DNA of 64,000 nucleotides from Selaginella moellendorffii (lineage: Eukaryota; Plantae; Lycopodiophyta): positions 1,123,183 through 1,187,182 of the forward strand of contig NW_003314317.1 of the NCBI RefSeq assembly GCF_000143415.4, in the 5' to 3' direction. Under the pieces are notes generated by a model. The model did no database searches. It saw only the letters and a program-made list of their open reading frames with translations, and was not told where the DNA came from. Position numbers and translations under genes: made by a program. Numbering within the stretch: position 1 is the first letter of the stretch; each line of letters begins with the position of its first letter. Below are positions 1-12,500 of the stretch, one piece after another.

Positions 1-3000
1 GTCCACTATATGATCTACGACTCCGAATCCTATCACAAGTTCTGGAAGGCTTTGAACGAGGTGAAGGCTCGGTTGAAAGGCAAGGAGATGCAGGAGATCC
101 ATGGGATAATGGCTAAGAAGAAGATACCGACGAATGTCCGCATCTTCACACTCGCCCTTGTTATTGGTCCTGCAGCAGAGTGGGACTGGAGTGACTTCCC
201 AGCTTCGTTTGATAAGGCCGATCGAATTGATCTGAGGGAGGTCAATTTACCCGTGCCTGAGGAATTGAAGACGGCTATGGAGCTTTCGAATCCAGAGAAA
301 GCTCCAGGTGCAGCATGGGAAATGCTCAGCTGGGTCTTCAACGCAATAGCACCTGCTTCCGACTCCAAGGGCAAATGCGTTGTCGAGTACAACTGCGGCG
401 GACTATTCTTTCGAGCCGCACTACTCAAGGGTGTCCCGTGTGTTGCGGTGACAAACTCCATTGAAGAGGTGACTTCAATGAAGCATATAATTACAGTTGC
501 CAAAGAAAAACAGTATCTTCTCTGCGAACCTGGTGAGTACGCACTTTAAGTTTAAATGTTATCTCACAAGCTCCGTATGCAGGAGCGTGGCCACCCCCAG
601 ATGCTGAAACGGCGTTAACAGCTACTGTTGGGCCGAGCTCACAACCTGCACAAGGTAAGGTCACGTGAGGCCTCACGCCATTTTGATTATCGATCGTTGT
701 GAATATTCAGACATGAGGACTGAAAAGCGCACTGGTGGCGCGTCGAAGAAGGACAAACAGACAAGCAATAGGAAAAAAGGAGGTACAAATTATATTTGCA
801 ATGGCGTGTGGTCTCATGCCATTCCTTGCAGGAGACACTTCTTCAAAGGCAAAACAGGCAAGCACCAGCCAAGCTCAAACTGACAGTGGTCATAAAAAGT
901 GAAAGCACGTTGGACAGTCGTTGGGATCAGAGGCGTTTGATTCGAAAAGGAAGAAGGGCAACGAAAAGATGATAAGTAATGCCTCGCGGTCACCACCTCC
1001 TGACTCAGATTCCTATGGCGGACTCCCCTTCCCCAATCTCAATGGAGAGGTACAATGGAAGAGGGATGTTTTTCAAGTCAGGGCCACATTTTTCTCATCT
1101 CGTCGTCTTCGAAGGGTGCAAGAACGTGCAGAAACCATGTTAAGACAGTCGGGTGAGGATACGGTCCTAGGTCACGCACTAAAATAGGCTATGGATGTCT
1201 TGTATTTTGAGATGGAGACTCGGCCAGATGATTTTCCCAAGATGGTCCTGGAAGAACAAGCCATCCAGCCTGAGCAGCCTATGGAAGAAATGCAGGAGGG
1301 GGATGAGGAGCCAGAGAAAGATAATGAGCAAGAAGAGCAGAAGGACAAAGAGGAGGACAAAGAAGAGGAGGACGAAGAAGAGGAGGACGAAGAGGACTTG
1401 GATGGTCCTCACAATGGTGACGATCACAATAACGATGACGACGATAATGACGACGATGGCCAGCCTGAGGTGGCCAAAGAGCAGCGGAGGAAGGTCATAC
1501 AAGACAAACCATCAGGTAAATAATAGTACATCCATTCCTAACCTTTTACCATTTCTAACATTGTCCATGTAGGTCGCAAAGCAAATGGTAAGTAGAGATT
1601 ATTCAGTTGAATTAAGATACAAACTCTAGCCTTTAGTGTCGAGGAAGGATAGTGCCAAGCAAGGGTCGAAACGTATGTCCAATCCTTCAGAATCAGCAGT
1701 GCGCCCAAGTGATATCGGTCCTAGTTCCTCAATAGCAGTTGATGGTAAATACAGTATAGTCGATTCAATGTGCTAATGAGTTTGTTTTTAGTAGCCAGTA
1801 GGGAGGATACCATCTCAATCGAAGGGAGATATTTGGACATGCATATGGATCCGCCAGTGGACTCTACTTGCCTGCAAGAGTCATCAGAGCTGGTGGAGGC
1901 TACTATCCATATCAACGCCAAGCAAGCTGACCACACTCCACTTGATGCTGCCCATACCACTGAGTCAATCTTGTCCACGTATCCAACTGACGGTGACCAG
2001 GCGCCATTAGACCCGCATGAGGCCGCCCCAGCCGCCGAGCCGGTCGTATCCTCATTTCCAACGGACTCAACGTGTGCCCAATCGTCTGACTACGCGCCGT
2101 TGGAACCTCCCTACACTGCCCCTGCTGCCTGTTCGGTCATGTCCACTTTGCCAACGGAGGCACCAACTGAAATGGCGTGTGATCACACGCCATCGGAACC
2201 ACCCCATGCCACTGTTGAGCCAGTTGTACCAGAGTCTACAGCTGAAATGGCATGTGCCCACACGCCATCGGATGCGATTGACCCCACATTGCAGAGGAGA
2301 GTATTTCCGCCCTTCACGTTTCCTCGACCAAAACCCTCTCAACGACCATCGGGAGCACCATTCGCTAATATTGTAGATGGTAAAATTGACTTGTACCATT
2401 TTTTATGCTGACGCATTTCATTTCAGAGTCACGGCGAAGGTACTGTATCGTTTTTGATCTGAATGGTGTCCTTTTCTCCCATGAGCGTGGCTCGTCCTCG
2501 AATGTCACTGCACCCTCCAAAGCTTGCGGTCGCAAGTTGGTCAAAAGAGACAGATTCACATTAATCACACGGGAGAAACTGTGGGATCTAATAATGACCA
2601 TGCGACACTTAAAACAGAGGGCCGGGTTCAATTTGCAATTGGGAGTTTGGACATCCATGATGCGCCACAATGCATTAACGTTGCTACAGATGATGCACGA
2701 TCAGACGCGAGTAATATTACCATTTGACTTTCTCCTAACGCAAGAGGATTGCTTGACTATGGTCCATGTGAGGGGTAGCAAGCCCATCTTTGTCAAGCCA
2801 GAGGCTGTAGTGATGAACCGGACTGCTAGGTCAAGTGAAATCCTCATCATTGATGACTCGCCGATTAAAACTGCAGCGAACACGCACACATATGCAGTGC
2901 ACCCCATCTCTTGTAGTATGGAAACTAGGGAGAAGAAACCGTATGTTCTGGGGGACCTTGCAGAACGGCTTGGAGCGATGGTGATAGAGAACCGGCCAGT

Positions 3001-3289
3001 CCAGGAGGTGGCTGCAGAAATCAACCAAATGGCAGATGGAACGGTATATCAGAAGCCATTTGATCGGACAGACACCAGTCATCATTTATGGCATGTATAT
3101 TGTCTAGCCAAGCACTATCCGCATCTCCATAATCTGCTCAACCGGATGGGTTCTTCGACCACTGAACATGAGCATGGACATATTAGAGAAGAGATGGCAT
3201 TACTATTGGGTTTAAATCCTGATAGTGTGGAGAGTGATGAAATTCCAAGATTATTGTATAGGCGTTGGAGGCAAAAAATAACAGTCTGA
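1..3289 (+). pseudogene. 3' part of a multi-exon gene (probably disrupted or TE-borne): possible amino-methyltransferase-like segment, acidic tract, Pro/Thr-rich linker, C-terminal FCP1/NIF-like HAD domain
   Basis: GT-AG introns 533-582, 655-710, 783-831 and 2380-2426 join ORF pieces in phase. The frame then breaks near 900-970, and an in-frame TAG at 1185-1187 separates ORFs 921-1187 and 1191-1523. Confidence 0.55.
2427..3289 (+). CDS. Terminal exon encoding an FCP1/NIF-family HAD phosphatase-like domain
   Basis: Motifs CIVFDLNGVL (HAD motif I, DxN variant), LGVWTSMMRHN, FLLTQEDC, KPIFVK and ILIIDDSPIK. The 47-nt intron 2380-2426 (branch GCTGAC, acceptor TTTCAG) splices it in frame to ORF 1770-2379. 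Confidence 0.7.
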
Positions 3290-3730
3290 GATGGCATGTA
3301 TTTATTTAAAAATGTAACTTATTATGGCATGGGGTTCCATGCCATTGTATTAATATTAAAAGACAATTCTTTGAGAGGATTTGCATTATACTAGAAGTGT
3401 TATAGCATGTTATTGGAAGTCTACGAAGTTGTTTTATTAATAAGGGGAAAGTAAAGATTGAATGGGGACTTGGGCTCCACCTAGACTCGGAGCAACTGAG
3501 CCAATATTAAAAGGATGGAAAGAAATTGGACGACGATGACAAGGAGAAGAGAGAGGTGAAGCAGTGGCAGGGGGAGGAGAAGTGATTGAGTAGACATTTC
3601 CTTGTTTAAAATAAAATGGCATGTGCCTCAATGCAGTTGAATTTTGTTATATTTATATACTATATAAAGGTTTGGAAACCTTATTTTACAAGTGGGATAA
3701 TGACAATTCCCACTTTAACGAAATAGAGCT

Positions 3731-4325
3731 TAAATGAGCAAATCTGGACACTTTCCATAAATAGCATTTGGGACCGAAATGAGACTAACACAAAGGGCAT
3801 GATAGCGAGGGTGTTTGGCAGACACGGTAAGCTATCATCTAGCGATATTGAGGGACCAAATCTCAATACGCGAGGGTTCTTGTCAAGCCAGTGCAAGACA
3901 GAGCAAAAGAGAACTAACAAGCCGGGCCAAGTATGCTCAGCTAAATAGACACTTAGGAATTCCTTCCTTATGCTCATCCGGCCAAGTACAGATGCAAAGT
4001 CCAGTTTACTAACACTTGAACAAGAGGGGCCAATAAAGGGAACCAGCAGTACCGACCTCCTGCCATCGTGGCAGTAAGGTAAGAGTGTCCGTAAGGACTA
4101 GTCGACAGGTAACTTTCGATACCCAAAGTCACATGCGTGACACTCTCCCCCCCTAGGGAAGATTGACGTCCTCGTCGATGCATATTCGAGTCTAGAATAC
4201 CGCCAAGGAAACAACTCCAAAAAAACGTTCACAGTATTCACACTATGTGAGAAATGCATCAACTTAAATGAGTTAGGAGGCAACCTCTTTGTCTAACGCG
4301 GATGCGCTACCAGCTCAGACACCTT
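3731..4325 (-). mobile_element. Truncated family-A LTR element fragment (end of internal region, PPT, start of 3' LTR)
   Basis: Reverse complement reads GGGGGGAGAG then TGTCACGCATGTGACTTTGGG from 4142, matching the 15410-16010 region of the intact copy. Confidence 0.85.
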
Positions 4326-4340
4326 CCTTCTCCAACATTT

Positions 4341-4519
4341 TGTAAACTCTTGAATTTAGATTTCCCAAAAGGTCATTAAACCCAGTACTATTCAAACTCA
4401 AGTATCCCAAGACATTTAACCGATTGGAAAAAGGCATGCACTCTTGTTTATGAGCCCTTTCCTTTTATATTTGAACTCATATAGATTATCTCTTGAGTCT
4501 TTCTTTTTGGTTATTTACA
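4341..4519 (-). mobile_element. Cassandra solo LTR (degraded)
   Basis: TG...CA termini, degenerate 5S-derived core, near-TSD CATTT/CATCT. Confidence 0.8.
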
Positions 4520-4974
4520 CATCTCTTTGACATTTTTATATAAAATTTTGATCTTCTTTGGTGATTGATACTAAATTGGAACCATTAGACAAGCAAACCC
4601 AGTTGGAATAGGATGGTATGTTGCTATCTTAGCCCCAAATGACAGATTAAAGTCAAAGAGATTAATATACTCTTTCTTGAGTCAGTTAACTGCCACAACA
4701 TAAAAATTGTATAAAGGATTTAGAGAGTACAAAGGAAATACAATGTAAGACACAAATCCCTAAGCCCCAAAGTGGAGCCAAAAGTGTGTTATATGGTAAT
4801 GGTCGAAATAGAAGTCCAATAAGTATAACACACTAGGACCAAAAGCTCCAACCTGAAAAGGCGAGAGTGGGAGTGAAACTCTAAACGAAGTGCTCGAGGA
4901 ATGAGCACGAAGCAATTGATGAATGAGTCTCTAAAAAGGGACACGAGAAGGACAAACACATGGCAAGTGTTGGG

Positions 4975-5210
4975 ACCGAGTTTGAGAAGGAGTCTAAAAA
5001 GGAGTTTGAGATAGAGTCTAAGATGGAGTTCGAGAAGGCATTTGAGAAGGAGTTTGAGATGGAGACCAAAACCAAGACCAAGACTAGGACCGAAACCAAG
5101 ACCAAGACTAGGACCAAGACCGGGACCGAAACCGAGACTAAAACTATGGTCAAGACTGAGTTCGTGATCAAGACTAAGTCCGAGTTTGAGACTAAGTTTG
5201 AGTCCAAGGC
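4975..5210. repeat. 12-bp-period degenerate tandem repeats inside family-B LTR
   Basis: GAGTTTGAGA(A/T)G and ACCAAGACTAGG units; homologous arrays at 19065-19300, 23360-24070 and 28660-28890. Confidence 0.85.
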
Positions 5211-7431
5211 TGAGGGTGAAAGCCCAAAGTGATCGTCTCCCAAACCCTAGAAGGTTTAGTAAGCTCCAAAAGGATAGTAGGGAGTTTGATTAGGAAAGAC
5301 CAGTGTGACCAAGGAAGGCTATATACCTATATGGTGGGTGATGATATAACCACTAAGGAGTCCAATGCTAGGGTGAACATGAATAGACAAGTGAGGTAAT
5401 TTAGTGAAGTGTTCAAGGGTTAACTCTAACTCCCCTAGGAGATCTAATAGTCAATGCTCCCAATCTAAATATGGGTGGCACTACCTACTTGGATACATGG
5501 TGTGGCTTATCGGAACCTCACTCTAGCCATATGACTAGGGCACCCAAAGACATAAGGTGGGGAGAGTACCCATGAGGCTTGCGTTTGGCCGTGGTGTTTT
5601 GAAATGTTACCCTAAAGTCCTAGATTGTGGAAAAGAAGTTTTGCGTAGTGACCAAGGACACGTGGCAAGGAAGTCCCAAAGATCAATAGGACTTAGTGGT
5701 CGGGCCTTTGGGCCCTAACCTAGTGGCAGTGTTGGTGAGCACAGTCATGGACGGAAAGGGATTTAGTGGGGACCGAAGAAGGGATATTGAGGAAGGGTGT
5801 TCTTTATGTCTCTAGACATTCTAAGAATGCTAAGGTATGGTCATGGGATAACCACTCATGAATAAATAGCCTAGTTTTTGGGAGACAAGACTATGGTACA
5901 GGTGGTTTTGGACTACTCATGAAACAAAGGTAAATGGACATAGCTTTAGTGTAACAGGTTAATATGTCAGTGGTATCTTTGGGTGTCTGTCGTGGGATTG
6001 GACATGTAGAGCATTTGGACAAAGTGTAAAGGCTAAGGGGCATAGATGCCATTCACGGGGCTAGCATGTTTCTAAGTCGGGACAAAGGTTATAAGTGAGA
6101 CTCTTCCAAGTGGTCAAAGATATAGTTAAATGACTAAAGTAGAATGGAAAATTTAGTTGCTTATAACTTGGTATCCTTAGTCTGACTCTTATTAGTAGTC
6201 AAATATATCACCACTTGATATTGGCATCGGAATGTCCTAGGAGTGGGTCTATCTTTAAGGAGTAGTATGTCGAGACTCTCCACTTGAGTTCGTATATGAA
6301 CATGTAAGTAATATAGTGGATAGAAAGGGACCAATAAGGGAACGACTTTGGGATCTTGAAAACAGTAGAAGGTTTTTCTCAGAAAGTAGAGGATGTAATC
6401 CATATAAACATTTGACTTAGCAAATTAGTTAATATGGTTGTGGTAAACAACTATAGTTGGGATCATAGAAAAAATAAAAAGTCCGAGATAATAAAGAAGT
6501 CATAGAATTATCCTTATATAGTTAAAGATGGTGCTCATGAATTTGAGACAAGAGTTAATGACCGTGAGAAGTCAAATATGGATAAGGATATATGCTTTTG
6601 AAATGGTAGCTAGGGCTACCTTTAATAAAGGTCAGAATCACTTAAGGAATTGAGGGGTGTACTCAAAGGATGAATTTGTATTCTCATCATATGGAAAGAT
6701 AGGTTTAATGTGCAAAAGTAATTTATGTAGAATAAAGGATAATCAAGTATTGGAGTAATACTTGCAAAAATGGTCCTTGTGAATATAAAAAGTTGTGTTT
6801 AAGTGTGATGACACCTCAAAGGAAGCTAGGAGGCTAGGACCTTACGGGATGTTAAATTAACAAAGTCCAAAAACCAAATGACTTAGTAAAGTTAAAGGAT
6901 GGTTTTTAAGGCTTAGAGGCATCTCATTTAGATGGAGGAAATATGAGAATAATAAGTATCTTATTGTGGTAGAACGTGCTATACTAAAATTGTGGAAAAG
7001 TATTTATGGAAGAAAGCAACTTTAGCGAGGAGTTGTGTGTGAACACTGTGTTGTAGTGTTAATCAATAGTTGGCATAAGAAACAATTACAATTGTCTTAA
7101 TAAAAACTTAAATATAAGTGGGAAGTGTTGTGAGGGTAGGCTTATAGAACCAATGGTGTGAAGACACCAAATGTTCCAAGGTGTAATACTTTGAGGTTAA
7201 GTTGGTTGGTTTATGAGAACCTTTTGCCAAAGGAATCTCAATGCGATTGGTATAGCCTCAGTTAGAAGGTATATGATTCAAGTGCATTGACCTAAATAAT
7301 GATGGAGGTGTGGAATCACTAACAATGAGTTGTAAGACTTAACAACTATAAGATAACTAAGCAAAAGGTGCAATATAATTGATTGGATTGGTAGAAGTTA
7401 ACCTCCCAAGACTTTTTATTAGGTAAGGAAG

Positions 7432-8564
7432 TGTCGCAAATGTGACTTCGGGTATCAAAAGTTACCTATCGACTGGTCCTTACGGACACTCTTACCTTAC
7501 TGCCATGATGGCAGGAGGTCGGTATTGCTGGACCCTTTATCAGCCCCTCTTGTTCAAGTGTTAGTAAACTAAACTTTGCATCTGTACTTGGCCAGATGAG
7601 CATAAGGACAGAATTCCTAAGTGTCTATTCAGCCAAACATACTTGGCCTGGCTTTTTAGTTCTCTTTTGCTCTGTCTTACACTGGCTTGATAAGAACCCT
7701 CGCGTATTGAGATTGGTCCCTCAATATCGCTACATGATAGCTTACCGTGTCTGCCAAACACCCTCACTATCATGCCCTTTGTGTTAGTCTCATTTCGGTC
7801 TCAAATGCTATTTATGGAAAGTGTCCAGATTTGCTCATTTAGCATATCTACGGAATGTAGAGATCGGCCTGAACACAATGGTGTTCGTCCCGTGTCCAAA
7901 TTCGCAATCTAAGGACATTCCATATTTAATAAGTTTCGAGCTTGTCCTAGAGACTAACTCTTGATACTAAGGGAGGCTTGGGGTGAAAGCCCAAAGCGTG
8001 TGTTCCTCAAGGGGGGGGCGGGGGGGTATAGTAGGGATACTGGGTAGGTCGAGCATGGCTGACTAACCTGAGGCATAGTCTAGCTCCCACTTGCGTGCCT
8101 GTCCTTGTTCTGCATCTGGCTTGGGTCTAAGCCCAAGTTCCATTCCATGCTAGCTGGTGGAGTACCCATGTCCTTGCGTTAGGCTACCGGTATGCTGAAA
8201 TAGCACCAAACTCCGTTTGGCTCCGTTTTGCATGCTGGTCCTGGCATTGGGATGTTGGTTGCTCCAGAACTGTTCCAAATCGCTTCGGGCTCCTGTCCCT
8301 TCGCTCCTTGGGCTTCATGCTCGGGAGTTGCTCCGTGGTTCGGTTCTGTCACTCCTCGGCTCCATGCTTGGGAGTTTGGCACCATTCCTTCGTTTAGTGG
8401 CCCAAGGCCCTAAACCTCGGGTTCTTGTGGACACGTGGCATGGACACGTGGCATGTGACACATGGCATCTGTCACATGGCACAAAGAGGGTTTAGGTTCC
8501 ACTTCATAGTGTTATCCTATAATAAATCACCATAGGATAAAAGGTCAAAATCACGTGCACTACA
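7432..8564 (+). mobile_element. Family-A solo LTR
   Basis: TGTCGC...CTACA, homologous to 9534-10678, perfect TSD GGAAG. Confidence 0.93.
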
Positions 8565-8792
8565 GGAAGTTAGATATCCCTTAAGGGATAAACTACTTAT
8601 ATTGCTATATAGTGAGTTAATGTTGTAAAAAGAAATACTCATTATCAAAGAAGGCCATTATTGGGATATTTAAACACTCTAAAACACTAAAAAGTGGTGT
8701 TTGGTATCATGAAGGTATTAGATAAGGCCTAATGGATTACATCCCTAGTGAATAATAAATAGAAGATGTTATCTAACGTCTAAGGTTGTAAA

Positions 8793-8951
8793 TGTAAGCT
8801 CCTAAGTTTGGACTTCCCAGGAGGTCACCCAGCCTAGTACTATTCAAACGCAAGGACACTTAACCCCAAATATCCCAAGACCCTTAACCGATTGGAAAAG
8901 GGGGTGCACTCTTTGGATCGTCTTTCGAGTCGTTCCTTTTGGTTGCTTACA
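8793..8951 (-). mobile_element. Cassandra solo LTR with internal deletion
   Basis: TGTAAGCTCC...GCTTACA; reverse complement contains the 5S-like TAGTACTAGGCTGGGTGACCTCCTGGGAAGTCC; near-TSD GTAAA/GTAGA. Confidence 0.9.
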
Positions 8952-9533
8952 GTAGAAATGAGATAAATTCGTCTATCTGAATTGAATAAAGCCAAAAGGA
9001 TTTTGGCAAGGCTAGTGATGGGCATACAAAGGCCCATGAGTAATAATGTTAATCCCAGTGTATGGGATTACAAGTTAAGCATATTTGGATTGAAGAACTA
9101 CTCCTTAAATTATCGAGTAAGTTCATCCCTAAAAATACTTACTAAGGTATGGTAAAAAGTGCAAAGTTATCCTTTTAGCTTGGAGGAGAATAACCGAAGG
9201 GAATGTGTAATGCTAAGAGCAAGTAGTAAAAGGATAACACTAAACCATAGGAATCAAAAAGCATAGCCAAAAGTGGTTATATAAGTTGGGAGTGGAAAAT
9301 CAAGTGAGTGCTTGAAGGTGTTACTACTAACAACTATGGTGCTATAAAAAGTCTAAAGTATGGAATTGCCTATGTTAGATCATATGGTAGTTAAAAAATT
9401 TGTGAAAGAAGAAGCCTTACCAAGTTAAGGAACAAAACCCCTTCCATATTTCTGAAAGCAATTCTAGGGAGGTTAGTACCTAGAAACATAGGTAATAAAT
9501 AATTCATAGGAATATGCAAAATCATAGTGGTAT

Positions 9534-12500
9534 TGTCGCGAATGTGACTTCAGGTATCGAAAGTTACCTGTTTGCTAGTCCTTACGGACACTCTTACCTT
9601 ACTGCCACGATGGCAGGAGGTCGGTATTGCTGGACCCGTTATCAGTCTCCGCCTAAGCTAGTTGAGAAACTGGTCTTCGCGTGTGCACTTGACTAGATGG
9701 GCATAAGGATGGAATTCCTACATGCTATTTGTCAAGCATACTTGACCTGGTTAGAGAAACTCATTCGTTGACTTGCACTTGCTAGTGTTGGGAACCCCCG
9801 CGATATTGAGATTGGTCCCTCAATATCGCTAGATGATAGCTTACCGTGTCTGCCAAACACCCTCGCTATCATGCCCTTTGTGTTGGTCTCATTTCGGTCC
9901 CAAATGCTATTTATGGAAAGTGTCTAGATTCGCTCATTTGGCATATCTATGGAATGTAGAGATCGGCCTAAACACAATGGTGTTCGTCCCGTGTCCAAAT
10001 TCGCAATCTAAGGACATTCCATATTTAGTAAGTTTCGAGCTTGTCCCAGAGACTAACTCCTGATACTAAGGGAGGCTTGGGGTGAAAGCCCAAAGTGTGT
10101 GTTCCTCAAGGGGGGGGGGGGCTGTGGGGGGTTTCAAATGTATAGTAGGGATAGTGGGTAGGTCGGGCATGGCCGACCAACCTGAGGCATAGTCTAGCTC
10201 CCGCTTGCGTGCCTGTCCTTGTTCTGCGTCCGGCTTGGGTCTAAGCCCAAGTTCCATTCCATGCTAGTTGGTGGAGTACCCATATCCTCGCGTTAGGCCA
10301 CCGGTATGCCGAAATAGCGCCAGACTCCGTTTGGCTCCATTTTGCGTGCTGGTCTTGGCATTGGGATGCTGGTTACTCTAGGACTGTTCCAAGTCGCTCC
10401 GGGCTCCTGTCCCTTCGCTCCTTGGGCTTTATGCTCGGGAGTTGCTCCGTGATTCGGTTCCATCACTCCTTGGCTTCATGCTTGGGAGTTTGGCATCGTT
10501 CCTTCGTTCAGTGGCCCAAGGCCCTGAACCTCGGGTTCCTATGGACACGTGGCATGGACATGTGGCATATGACACATGGCATCTGTCACGTGGCACTAAG
10601 AGGGTTTAAGTTCCGCTTCGTGGTGTTATCCTATGGTAAATCACCATAGGATAAAGGGTAAAAACCACGTGCGCTACATTTGGTATCAGAGGATGAGTCT
10701 CAGCGAGTACTATTCAATGAGATTGGGCAACTAGTCTCGTTGCATACGCAGAGATGAAAACGATGATCCGAGTGGGTACACGTTTGGTGCAAAGGGTTCG
10801 CATTCGTTCCTTGGGTATGGTTTTTGTTACCTTTTGTACTTAATAATGTGAGCTTGCTCTTGGGCTCATAAGATGGATTTGAGATGCTCTGTTAGCACGA
10901 GTTTACGCTTGGGCTCGTGAGTGAGGCACATTAGCAACTCGAGATTAAACTTTGAGTTGGCAGAATTAATGTTAGCCTATCGGTGGTTCCATGAGTTGTT
11001 CCATGTACTGTGGGTGAAAGCAAACTTTCCCTGGGTTTGCTATGAGTAGCAAATAGGCTAGGCCATATCTGTTTAGCATGGTACTAGTGGATCCTTCCTA
11101 GGCATGGTTACAAGTGGATCAACTAAGACTATAGGGATTAGTCTATTGGTTCAAGTAATCATTGCCATGCTCTCTCATAAACTTTTCTTGGTTTGGACTG
11201 AAGGCAGTGCGAAAGCAAGCTTGAGGTTTGGTCAAAGATGAGACCGAAACGAGAGTCATCGGGGACGAAGGATCAAACACGTAAATCATCTTCTCTTCTT
11301 GGAGAGATGATTTGCAACGAGGTGTGACTCATTGCTCGTATTCACATCATGCAATCAAGAGTCCCTACCTTGATGCATCTTGGAGATGATGGTCTTACAA
11401 ATGGTGAGTTGTGGGATGGATAGCGGTGAAGCGCTAAACCATTTTGTCTAGGCTTACTATTGGAAGACTTGAGTTACAATGCTCAATTCTTTTCCGGGGA
11501 ACCTTGCTATTGCTCCTTGAGTAGCTTGGTGTTGGATTAGTGTTGAGTTTGGTCAGATAGATAGAGTGGTATGAGCTTGGCCATGTTGTGAACAAAAGTT
11601 AGTAGTGTTGATACTCACATAAACTTTTGAAGTAATGACCTTGGCATTGCTCGTGGTGTTGCTCAATTGATGATCAAGTCATTGTGATTTCCATATCATA
11701 TCCATGTGATAATGAGCAATGTGTTTACGAAGTTGCTTGGTTAAATGATGATTAACCCCAAAAGTGGTTGATGGTGAAGCTAGTCTACTTGCATAAAGTA
11801 GCATTGTAGCAGCTTTGACTAGATTCTCGATGGTGGTCCATTATGCTAAAGCTTAAGTTGGTTCCTTGTTTCCTTGAGTTTGCCCACTAAGGTGTTGGAA
11901 AAGGGTTGTAGCATTCAGTGGCTATAGCTCATTAGTTGATCCGTTAACACTTGGAGTAGATTGTTGGATGGAGAAGATGTGTGGTTAGGGCATTGACATC
12001 ACTAGCACTTGTGTTAGTGGAAGTGGCATTGTTACTTCGAGTGATAAGGAATTTTCCTTAGAGCTTGATTTTCCATGTCATTTTTCTTGTTAGTGTTTTA
12101 ACTTCACATTGGATCTTGAAAGTGGTTGAAGAAGAGTGTTAGTGCAATATGAATATCCGAAGATATGGTCTCCATGATCAAGCTTTAGATGTTCATTTTG
12201 CATTCTGCGGACGTCGGTGTTGGATGTCGAAAGAATGGGCAAAAAGATGTTCAAGGCTTAAGCATACTATGGGTCATGAGAATTTGTGTTGAGGTGAACT
12301 TATGTGAAGTTGTTAGTAGGAGGAAGTTGGTTGAGTTTTGAAAGTTTGCATTTCTAGACTGAGAGTCATTCTTTCTCTAGAATGGAAAGATTTTCCATAA
12401 ATTTTCTTAGACTTTTCCAATGGCTGATCTGTTATCACTTTGTCTGAAAACCATTCCGTTTTCGTAAGCCAGTACAAACTAGTGAAGGGGTTGGAGTTAA

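Noticed and set aside
2399-2411. Programmed frameshift at the T run between ORFs 1770 and 2405
   Set aside because: A 47-nt GT-AG intron explains the frame change.
4881-5243. ORFs with EFEK/TKTK repeats (also 18943-19336, 23429-24058 and 28512-29035)
   Set aside because: Artefacts of 12-bp tandem repeats inside LTRs.
8810-8870. 5S rRNA gene (also at 17195, 32655 and 33020)
   Set aside because: Only the internal control region matches, and it lies within TG...CA LTRs; these are Cassandra elements, not rDNA.
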